A stretch of 64,000 nt of DNA, taken from assembly GCA_963850305.1 (NCBI GenBank), contig CAWKKR010000007.1, forward strand, positions 672,001 to 736,000, in the 5' to 3' direction. Positions within the stretch are counted from its first letter, which is position 1, and each line of letters begins with the position of its first letter. Below are positions 49,784 to 58,300 of this stretch, piece by piece. The position numbers and the translations under genes are program-made. Source of the stretch: an uncultured delta proteobacterium (GTDB lineage Bacteria > Myxococcota_A > Polyangia > Polyangiales > Polyangiaceae). Below the pieces are notes generated by a model. It saw nothing but the letters and a program-made list of their open reading frames with translations. It was not told where the DNA came from and searched no databases.

Positions 49784-50086
49784 TCAAACGCGATCGGGAG
49801 CGCGAATCGCCAGGAACCGCCCGCCCCACGTACCCGCGGCCATCGTCAACGCGAGCGGAAGCAGGTGCCCGACGAGAAGATGCGGCACGTATGCGACCGG
49901 GCACCAGAGATCCACGAATACCCACGAGCAAGCACCCACCGCGACGCCGATCGCGGCGCCCGTCAGGTGGGGATGAGCTGGATCGAGAAGCGCCGTGTTC
50001 CTGACCCGAAGCGCTGCCCGCGTGGGCGCACGCTCCTTACTGACGGCTGCGAGTACTCTCGAGCGAAGGTTGGCTGAGGGGATCAC
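49784..50086 (-). pseudogene. Internally shortened NrsF/DUF1109-type anti-sigma factor
   Basis: N-terminal PSANLRSRVLAAV...PTR is joined directly to C-terminal DPAHPHLTGAAIG...DLWCP...HLLVGHLLP. It is 100 aa against the roughly 200 aa I expect for the family. Confidence 0.6.
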
Positions 50087-50237
50087 AGGAAACTAGAACG
50101 TAGCTCGCGCTATGTCGGACCGCCAGCCCGCGGCTCGGATGGGGGCGATGGCCATTCCGTTCGAAAGCCTTCCAGGTTCCTTCCGGGTGCCCAACGCGCG
50201 GACACGCAGCCGAAACGAATAATCGTAGAGAGTCCGC

Positions 50238-50262
50238 GTAACAGGTTCTGTCAGGGCGCGTA
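50238..50262 (+). promoter_or_regulatory. Putative ECF sigma promoter
   Basis: GTAAC-N16-CGTA ending 10 nt before the ATG of the bufferin-like gene. Confidence 0.5.
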
Positions 50263-50272
50263 CTCGGACATC

Positions 50273-50530
50273 ATGAAAATCTCTCACTCTCTCGTCGCGG
50301 CGGCGGTGTCGGGCATCCTGTTTGGTTGCGGAGGCAGCCAAGCTTCGGGCGGTAGTCCCGCAACGCCGAACGACATGACCGGAAGCTCCACCCCTGATGC
50401 ACCCGGCGACAAGGCCGCGTGCAAGGGACGGAACGCTTGCAAATCACAGGGCAATTGCAAGACGGACGCCCACGCTTGCAAGGGACAGAACCAGTGCAAG
50501 GGACAGGGCGGCTGCTTCCAGGGCAAGTGA
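50273..50530 (+). CDS. Bufferin-type (BufA2-like) Cys-rich RiPP precursor, lipoprotein
   Basis: Lipobox ILFGC; core CKGRNACKSQGNC-KTDAHA-CKGQNQCKGQGGC. Confidence 0.75.
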   Translation: MKISHSLVAAAVSGILFGCGGSQASGGSPATPNDMTGSSTPDAPGDKAACKGRNACKSQGNCKTDAHACKGQNQCKGQGGCFQGK

Positions 50531-50566
50531 AAGGGAGCGGAGCCCGTCTTGAATTTCCGCGCACGC

Positions 50567-51427
50567 TCAGTGGTAGAGCTGAACCTGCGCGAGCTTCGCC
50601 CGCACGTCGTTCAGGTGCGCGCTCGTGGGGAACCTCCGGATGAAGCTCCGCAGGGTCGTCTTGGCGTCGTTCCAGGCTTCGATGTCGAGCTGACATTCGG
50701 CGAGCAGGAACGCGGCGTCGTCGACGACTTCCTTGTCGGGCGAGGATTCGGATAGCTCGATGAGCATCGGGATCGCGTCGCGCTGGCGTCCGAGCGCGCG
50801 GAGCGTGACGGCGAGCTGGTACCGTGCTTCGGGCGATTGCGCCGCGTCGGGCTTGTACGCGAGTGAATCCCGGAACGCCTGCTCGGCTTCGTGCCACCGC
50901 GCCGTGCGCACGTGATCGAGTCCCGTCTGGTACGCGATGAGCGAGAGCTCGTTCTTCGCGCGCTCCACGGCGGCGTCGAAGAGCAGCCGCTCCGTGCGAC
51001 TCAAATCCAGGTGCGACACGGCATCGTACTGGTCGATCACTTCGCGCCGTTTGCCAGCGACGATGAGCGCGTAGTAGTCCGCCGCACCGCGTTCGGCGCG
51101 CGCGCGCGCGTCCTCCCGCGCTTCGAGGACCTTGAGCTCTTTGCCGACCTTGTCGGCTTCGTCGAAGGTATCCTTCGTCTGCGCCCGCACCGCGTCGACG
51201 CGCGCGTCGAGGATGACTTTGCCGGCGAACAGTACGAGCGCGACGAAGACGGCGTACGCAGTCGCGCTGTTCCATGTGAGTCGCCGCTCGTAACCCTGGA
51301 ATCGCTTGGCGATGCTCTTCACGTCCGCCGCGAGCGCATTCACGAGATTGTTCGTCTTGATCGTGAGCGACCGGCTCTCCACGATCTCGCGCTTGATCTC
51401 TTCGAGCTCGTTCCCAAACTCTTCCAT
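50567..51427 (-). CDS. Membrane-anchored coiled-coil and TPR protein (CpoB/YbgF-like C terminus)
   Basis: Start MEEFGNELEE; one TM segment; TPRs ending FIRRFPTSAH. Confidence 0.75.
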   Translation of the reverse strand: MEEFGNELEEIKREIVESRSLTIKTNNLVNALAADVKSIAKRFQGYERRLTWNSATAYAVFVALVLFAGKVILDARVDAVRAQTKDTFDEADKVGKELKVLEAREDARARAERGAADYYALIVAGKRREVIDQYDAVSHLDLSRTERLLFDAAVERAKNELSLIAYQTGLDHVRTARWHEAEQAFRDSLAYKPDAAQSPEARYQLAVTLRALGRQRDAIPMLIELSESSPDKEVVDDAAFLLAECQLDIEAWNDAKTTLRSFIRRFPTSAHLNDVRAKLAQVQLYH

Positions 51428-51515
51428 CGGCCGGCGAGAGTCGCCCGGGAAGGAGAGCCGCGGCAAGCAGGGTCTTCGCAACCGGGGCGTCGTGTAGTAG
51501 GGGAGGGCACCCCCA

Positions 51516-52082
51516 ATGGACACCAGTGACATCAAAAAGGGCCTGAAGTTCATGTACGACGGCCAGCCCTACGTCGTCGTCGACTTCCAGTTCGTGAAGC
51601 CCGGAAAGGGGCAGGCGTTCACCCGCACGCGCATGAAGAACATGTTGACCGGGAACGTCCTCGAGAAGAATCTGCGCTCCGGCGAGCGGATGGAAGCGGC
51701 GGACGTGGAGGAGCGCTCGATGCAGTACATCTATCCGGAGGCGGACATGTACGTGTTCATGAACCAGCAATCCGGGGAGCAGGTTTCCGTGCCCAAGGAG
51801 GCTGTCGGGGAGGCGTCGCAGTTTCTCATCGACGGCATCGAGTGCCAGATCGTCATCTATCAGGGCAATCCCGTGAGCGTCGCGCTACCGGCGCACGTCA
51901 CCGTGCAGGTCGTGGAGACGGAGCCCGGCGCGCGCGGCGACACCGCCACGAATGTCTTGAAATCGGCGAAGGTGTCCACGGGCGCAACCGTCGGCGTCCC
52001 GCTCTTCATCACCGAGGGCGAGTGGATCCGCGTCGACACGCGCGAGGGGAAATACCTCGAGCGCGTCAAAGCCCCAAGCTGA
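51516..52082 (+). CDS. efp: Elongation factor P
   Basis: FVKPGKGQAFTR, PGARGDTA and VPLFITEGEWIRVDTREGKY. Confidence 0.97.
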   Translation: MDTSDIKKGLKFMYDGQPYVVVDFQFVKPGKGQAFTRTRMKNMLTGNVLEKNLRSGERMEAADVEERSMQYIYPEADMYVFMNQQSGEQVSVPKEAVGEASQFLIDGIECQIVIYQGNPVSVALPAHVTVQVVETEPGARGDTATNVLKSAKVSTGATVGVPLFITEGEWIRVDTREGKYLERVKAPS

Positions 52083-52141
52083 CGTCAGACGTTCCCACCC
52101 GTTCGGTACTCCGCCGGTCACTGGTGGGGCGGCTCGCGTCT

Positions 52142-52446
52142 GCCCTCGATGGCTCGATTCGAGCTATCCGGACCTCAGCTGAGCTGCCGGCGGTCCAATC
52201 CAAGCCCCCGGGAGCTTATTTCTGCTAGCCGAGGCTCGGCCAAAGCGACGGGCCGCTCATTTTAGCGACTCATGGCCTGCGCCGAGCGTCGCGGGGCTCG
52301 ATTGAGCGTCCCGGGCGCTCGAATCGAGCCATCGGGGGCGTGGCGAGTGAAGTTTTCGCTCGCATCGAGCGGCGCGGGGCTCAGCTGAGCGCCTGGGAGC
52401 CTCGACTCGAGCCGTTCGGGGCGTGGCGAGTGAAGTTTTGGCTCGC
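52142..52446. repeat. Composite intergenic repeat (one inverted and two direct, about 83-bp degenerate units)
   Basis: GGGGCGTGGCGAGTGAAGTTTT at 52335 and 52418; 23-bp inverted repeat 52142-52164 / 52317-52339 with one mismatch. Confidence 0.8.
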
Positions 52447-52462
52447 GCCACGTGTTCGGGGC

Positions 52463-54349
52463 TCACCTACGCTCCGCATTCCTCGCCGCACGCGATCGTG
52501 AGCGTCCGGATGCTCGCGCCGGCTCCTCCGGCTCGGCAGCCGGCGTGAAGAGCACTGCGTGGTCGCCGCGGATGCACGCCGCGGCGATGGCGTCGTTGGC
52601 GACGACGCAATCGCGGAGCGTCGCGGGCTCGTCCGCGGTCCATGTCTCGGAACGGGGACGACGCACGACGAGCAGGCCATCGGTCGTGACGAGCACGGCG
52701 GTCTTGCCGTCCGGTGAGCGCGGGCTACCCGGCGGCACGGGGCTTCCCAGGTTCGCAAGAGTCTCGACACCGAACAGGGCGTTGCCGGCGAGGCCCGCGT
52801 GGTGCGAGCCGTCCCACTCGAGCGGGGTGAGCCGCGGCGTGGGAGGGCGCCCGCTGGCGACACACGACCCAGGGCGCGCAGCGAGGAGGCTGGTCGGTTC
52901 GGACGGCATCGGAGCTCCGTTCGCGCCGGTGACCAGGAGCAAGGCCTCCGAGCGATCGCACGGAAACGCCATGCCCGCCCAGATCGGGTCGGTTCCGCCT
53001 CCGACGCCGAGCGACCACTTGTCGACCGAAGCCGCTTCCCCGACGGTGCTCGGCAGCGCGAATCGCGTGACGCCGTCCGTCGTCTGGACGAGGAGCGCGC
53101 CGCTCGCGTCGAACATGAGCGGGCTCCACCGCGGAGCTCGACCTGGTACCGGGGGCTTCGCGGACAACGGTTGCTCGGTGACGGCGCGGTGCAAAGTGGA
53201 GGATGCGATCCGATGCATCAGCTCGTGCCTCTGCGTTTCGGGCATCGGCGCGCCGAACCACTGTGCCTGTTCGAGAGCCCCGCTGGCTTCGAGCGCGTTG
53301 CGTTCGCGGAGTGAGGCGTGAATCTGGGCGGCCGCGAGGTCCCGGAGGGCGTCATCGATGCCGGGGCACGCGAAGGGCGCGCCGTCCGCGTCGAAGACGC
53401 GCGGGGTGCCGCTCTCGCTACAGAGGGTGGCATAAAGCCGGCGCGCGAGCGCGATCCGGGACGCGAGCTGCTCCGCCGCGTGCTTTCCAGGGGTCCGAGC
53501 GGGCCTGGCCACACTCGAAAGCGAGCGCGCCGGCTCGGACGCGTCGCGCGAAGGGCCTGCCGCGCGATCGAGCCATATCAAATCCGCAGCAACCAAATCT
53601 CCCTCCTGCCCGGACTTCATCGACGCGGTCAGGCGGACGTCATCACGGCCGTCGCCGTCCCGATCGGTCGAGTCCACGGTGAAGTCGAGCAGCTCGCCCG
53701 GAGCCGGCTCCGCCATCTTGAGCGCGACGATTTCAGGGCGCTCGGCGGCGGGCGCGACGACGGTGATCCCGCGCGCCGGCGATCTGGCGACGAGGGTGGC
53801 CGTGCACGTCGCGGAGATATCCAGGGTGACGGTGTGCGGCCCGGTTTGCGCGAGGTTCGTCACCTGGTGGCAGGAAGGACCGCCCGGGATGAACGCGGGA
53901 GCCCTGGCAACGACCCGTCCGGCGGCAGCATGGGCCGCGAACAGCACGAGCTCGCCGCTGGATTGCGTCTCCGGAGGGTCGGTCCGCGCGCGCGTCCAGG
54001 CGACCGCATCGAGTGTGCCGTCCCCATCGAAGTCGGAAGTCACGGCGCGCTCGATCAACCGAGCCTTGTCGACGCCGAGCGCGACGCCGTTCAGCGTCCA
54101 GTCGCTCACACCCGGCGGTGCCTCCACGGAAGGCTTCGGAAACGGCGACGAAACTGGACCCCGGGTCGCCGCTGCGTCGTGCGCGGCCGACGGACTCGCG
54201 CTCGGAGAGTCTGCGATGTGAAAGGGCGTGTACGGCCTGTCGGACGCGCACCTGCATCCGGTCGCACCACCAAGCGCGAGGATCGTCGCAAGCGGGCGCA
54301 GGTGGCCAAGGTGAAGAAGAACGGGCCCGGTCCGCGCGCGCATCGTCAT
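52463..54349 (-). CDS. Hypothetical lipoprotein with DxDGDG calcium-binding-like motifs
   Basis: Lipobox-like ATGC; SDFDGDGTLD and DRDGDGRDD. Confidence 0.7.
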   Translation of the reverse strand: MTMRARTGPVLLHLGHLRPLATILALGGATGCRCASDRPYTPFHIADSPSASPSAAHDAAATRGPVSSPFPKPSVEAPPGVSDWTLNGVALGVDKARLIERAVTSDFDGDGTLDAVAWTRARTDPPETQSSGELVLFAAHAAAGRVVARAPAFIPGGPSCHQVTNLAQTGPHTVTLDISATCTATLVARSPARGITVVAPAAERPEIVALKMAEPAPGELLDFTVDSTDRDGDGRDDVRLTASMKSGQEGDLVAADLIWLDRAAGPSRDASEPARSLSSVARPARTPGKHAAEQLASRIALARRLYATLCSESGTPRVFDADGAPFACPGIDDALRDLAAAQIHASLRERNALEASGALEQAQWFGAPMPETQRHELMHRIASSTLHRAVTEQPLSAKPPVPGRAPRWSPLMFDASGALLVQTTDGVTRFALPSTVGEAASVDKWSLGVGGGTDPIWAGMAFPCDRSEALLLVTGANGAPMPSEPTSLLAARPGSCVASGRPPTPRLTPLEWDGSHHAGLAGNALFGVETLANLGSPVPPGSPRSPDGKTAVLVTTDGLLVVRRPRSETWTADEPATLRDCVVANDAIAAACIRGDHAVLFTPAAEPEEPARASGRSRSRAARNAERR

Positions 54350-54399
54350 CGCGGTCAGTACCAGATTCGTGTTATTTTTTCGCCTGGAGCCGAGAAGCC

Positions 54400-55254
54400 A
54401 TCCCCTCGCGACATTTCGGTGAATGCTGCCGCGCCGCCGTCGCCCTCCTCTTCGTCACCGGATGTGGGAGACCGGCGACGCCCCTCCAGCAAGCGGCGCT
54501 CCTCTCCTCGAAGGGGCGCGACGCCGAAGCCGTCCATCTGCTGGAGGCGGATCTGAAGAAGCACCCGGACGCGATCGCCGACCGCAGGCTGCTCGTCCGG
54601 CTACGCGCCGAGACGGGCGATCTGGGGGCGGCCGAACGCGAGGCCGGAGCGCTTGCCGCGGTTTTGCCCCCAAACAGCCCCGTCCCGTGGCTCGAGCTGG
54701 GTCATGCCTTCGAGATCGCCCATCAGTTCGAGCAGGCGCTGGCAGCCTATGACCGCGCCGCCACCGTGGCGCCCCGCGACCCGGAAGGGCCGAAGACCGG
54801 CGGGCTTCGCGCCGCACGCTGGGGAGAAATCGACCTTGCCGAACCCCGGCTGGAGGAAGCGCTCCGCCGTGACCCGCGCGACGCCGAGGCCTGGCACGGG
54901 CTCGGGCTGGTGCGCGTCCAGAAGGGCGACCTCGAAGGAGCGAAGACCGCGTACGAAAGCGGGCTTCGCGCCGACCCGGCCGCGCTCGAAAATCGTGTCG
55001 GCCTCGCGACGGTCGCGCTGAAAGAAAATCACGCGGAGGTCGCGCTCGCCGAGTATGATCGAGTGCTCGTCGCGCGCCCGAGCTTCGGCGACGGTTATCT
55101 CGGCCGCGCGTGGGCGCTCCTCCTCCTCGGACGTCTGGACGAGTCCGCGTCGAGCCTCGAGGATGCGCGCCGGAACGGTGCGGACGCGCGCGCGATCGCC
55201 AGGCAACAAAGCCTGATGGACATGCTCCGCCGACAAAACGAGAAGGGGCCGTGA
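54400..55254 (+). CDS. TPR lipoprotein (start codon unclear)
   Basis: AVALLFVTGC lipobox followed by tandem TPRs; no in-frame ATG/GTG/TTG between 54349 and the lipobox. Confidence 0.7.
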   Translation: MPSRHFGECCRAAVALLFVTGCGRPATPLQQAALLSSKGRDAEAVHLLEADLKKHPDAIADRRLLVRLRAETGDLGAAEREAGALAAVLPPNSPVPWLELGHAFEIAHQFEQALAAYDRAATVAPRDPEGPKTGGLRAARWGEIDLAEPRLEEALRRDPRDAEAWHGLGLVRVQKGDLEGAKTAYESGLRADPAALENRVGLATVALKENHAEVALAEYDRVLVARPSFGDGYLGRAWALLLLGRLDESASSLEDARRNGADARAIARQQSLMDMLRRQNEKGP

Positions 55255-55293
55255 CGTTCGCCGAGCGCGCCTGGATCGAGGGCTTTCGAGGGC

Positions 55294-55322
55294 TTGTAAC
55301 GCCTGCACTCGCGGCGTAATCT
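55294..55322 (+). promoter_or_regulatory. Putative sigma-70 promoter for the giant TPR gene
   Basis: TTGTAA-N17-TAATCT. Confidence 0.4.
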
Positions 55323-55371
55323 CGGCGTCCGTTTCGGCGCCTTCGCGCAGGGAGCGTCCACAGGGAAGAGC

Positions 55372-58300
55372 ATGGATTCGCAAGAGATCCGCACGGCGCT
55401 GGGCGAGCTTCAAGAAGATCCGGATCGCAAGGAGACGTGGGAGAAGCTCGCGGCTGCCGTGGGTATTCCCGGCGGAGATCTCGCGCCTGCGGACGCGCTC
55501 CGGATCATGGCGCGGGCGCGTCGCGCTCACGAAGCACGCGATGAAGTCGAAGCCGTCGCGGCGCTCCTGGCGCTCGAGGTGAAGATCGCGGCACGAACGC
55601 TCGACGAAGCGGCGCTCGTCGCCGAAGAGTCGCGGGTGCTCCGCGACGAGCTGTTCGACGAAGACGCCGCTCTCGTCGCGGATCTGCGGACGCTCGAGCT
55701 CGCGCCGGACGAGCCGAAGGCCGCCGCCGCGCTCGTCGAGAGCGAAGAGAAGCGCGCTCGGTGGCAAGAGCTCTCCCAGACGTACCTGGACGAGGCGAGC
55801 TCGGCCCCCGACGACGTTTACAAGAGCTCCATGCTGATGCGTGCCGCGGAGATGGAGCTCCGCTTCGCGGGCGATCACGGGAACGCGGCGCGCGTCGTGG
55901 AGCGGCTCGAAGAAGCCTCGTCGCTCGACCCGGGAAACGCTCGCGCGGCGAAGATGATGGAGCGGCTCTACCGGCGCGCGGAGCGGTGGACCGACGTCGC
56001 TCGCGTGCTGACGCAAGCGACGATGCACGTGACGGACCCGGCGGCGCGCGCGTCGGCCGCGGTGCGGCTCGGACGCGTTCAGTGCTTCCGGCTCCGCGAT
56101 CCCGCGGCAGCGGCGGCGGTCTACGAGCGACTCCTGAAGGATCAGCCCGCGAACGCCGAGGCGATCCGGTTTCTCGCCGACCACTACTCTCGCACGGAGA
56201 ACTGGGACGCCCTCGTCGCGTTCTTCGAGCGACAGATCCCCGAGGCCGAACAGTCCAAGGCCGACCGGCTCGGAGACATGCTCCAGATCGGCATGCTCCA
56301 CTGGCGGAAGCGCGAGAAGCTGGAGGACGCGGAACCCTGGTTCGAGCGTATCCGGAAGCTGGAGCCCGGTAATCTCGGGATGCTCGCGTTCTTCCGCGAT
56401 TATTTCGAGAAGATCGGGGACGCGGGCCGTCAGACGGCGGTCTTGCAGGGCGCGCAACGTGTGCTGCCCGAGGGACCGGACAAGGTGGAGGTCACACAGC
56501 AGCTCGCGCGCCTCGCCGAGGGTCAAAAGGACGGACAAAAGGCGATCGAGCAGTACAAGGCGCTCCTCCGACAGAATCCGGACGACGAGGATTCGCGCGA
56601 GCGCCTCAAGGATCTCTACCGGCGGACGCAGGGGTACAACGCGCTCGTCGAGCTCCTGCGCCAGCAGCTCGAGCGAACGGACGCCGCAGACGGTCCGAAG
56701 CGCCTCGAGATCCTGCGCGAGGTGGCGAACCTCTACAGAAGCTCGATCAAGAGCGACACCGCTCTGGTGTCGGTCCTGAACCAGATTCTGCAGATCGACG
56801 AACGCGATATCGAAGCGGTCCGTGAGCTCATCGCGCTCTACGAGAAACTCGGACGCGCGCGCGATCTCCTGGCCAGCCAGCAGAAGCTCGCGGAGCTCTC
56901 CTCGGACCCGACGGAGAAGGCCGAGCTCTTCCGCCTGATCGCGCGGCGCTGGCTCGAGCAGTTCTCGAACGTGCAGAACGCGACGCAGGCTTTCGAGGGC
57001 TTGCTCAAGATCCTGCCGGGCGATCCCGAGGCGTGCCAGAACCTGTCCGAGCTCTACAAGAAGCGCCGTGCGTGGCCGCAGCTCTTCGAACTCTATCAGT
57101 CTCAGGTCGGGACGCTGGAGGGCGGGGAGCGGCTGACGTTGATGACGGAGATGGCACAGCTCGCCGCCGAGCGCCTCGGGCGCGGCGACGATGCGGCGAA
57201 GCTCTACCGCGAGATCCTCGCGGCCGACCCGGGCAACGCGCAAGTGCTGGACGCGCTGGAGCGCCACGCGGAGCGGGCGAAGGACTGGCCGACGCTCGCC
57301 GAAGCCCTCGAGCGTCGCGTGGACGCTCTTTCCGATCCCGGCGCGCGGCTCGCGGTGCTGCAGAAGCTCGGCACCGTGTACGCGGAACACGTCGGCGATC
57401 ATCAAGGCGCCGTTCGCGCATGGCGGCGCGTCCTCGAGCTGCAGCCGGGCCACCAGCGGGCACTCAGGGTACTGCGCGATTCGTATCTCCTCGCCGGCGA
57501 TTACGGGGGGCTCGAGGAGCTCTACGCGTCCCAGGGGGACTGGGAAGGGCTTGCCGAGGTGCTGAGCAACACCGCCGATCGCGCCAAGGAGGGGGCCGCC
57601 AAGATCGAGCTCTCCTATCGCGCCGCGGGTGTTTACAAGGATCGGCTACGCCAGCCCGAGCGCGCGTTCCGGTCGTACGAACGGATCCTCGCGACCGATC
57701 CGAACGACACGCGCGCCGCGAAGGAGCTCATCCCGCTCTACGAGGCCGAGGAGAAATGGCCCCGCTTGCCCGCTCTGCACGAGCTCCTGGTCGAGCGAAC
57801 GGAGGACGAGGCGGAAAAGCTCGCGCACCTGCAGCGGCTGGTGGAAATTGCGGGCGAGCGTCTGTCCGATCGTAATGCCGCTGCGACTTACGCGCGCCGC
57901 GCTTACGCCATCGCACCCGATGACGCCGCGGTCCTCGCGTCGTTCCAGTCGGCCGCGGCTGCGGCCGGGGCCTGGCCGCTGTTCGTGGAAGCTGTCGAGG
58001 AGCGTGCGAAGAAGGTCAAGAAGAAGAAGCGGCGGCCGCTCGAGCTACTGCTCGCGGACGTGTACACGCGGGAGCTCTCGCGAACCGATGACGCGATCGG
58101 TATCTACAAGCGCCTGCTCGAGTCGGACGCCACCGACACGGAAGCAGGAACGGCACTCGAGGCCATTCTCCGTCGCGAAGGGCGGCGGGACGACCTGCGC
58201 TGGCTCCTCGGCTTGCGCGTCGAGAATGCAGCGAGCGACGACGAACGCGTTCGCGTGCTCGGCGAGTGGGCGACACTGGAAGAAGAGTCGTTTGCGGAGC

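Noticed and set aside
50528..50530. TGA of the bufferin-like gene as selenocysteine
   Set aside because: The TGA is not at a Cys position of the repeat, and read-through would run antisense into the TPR gene.
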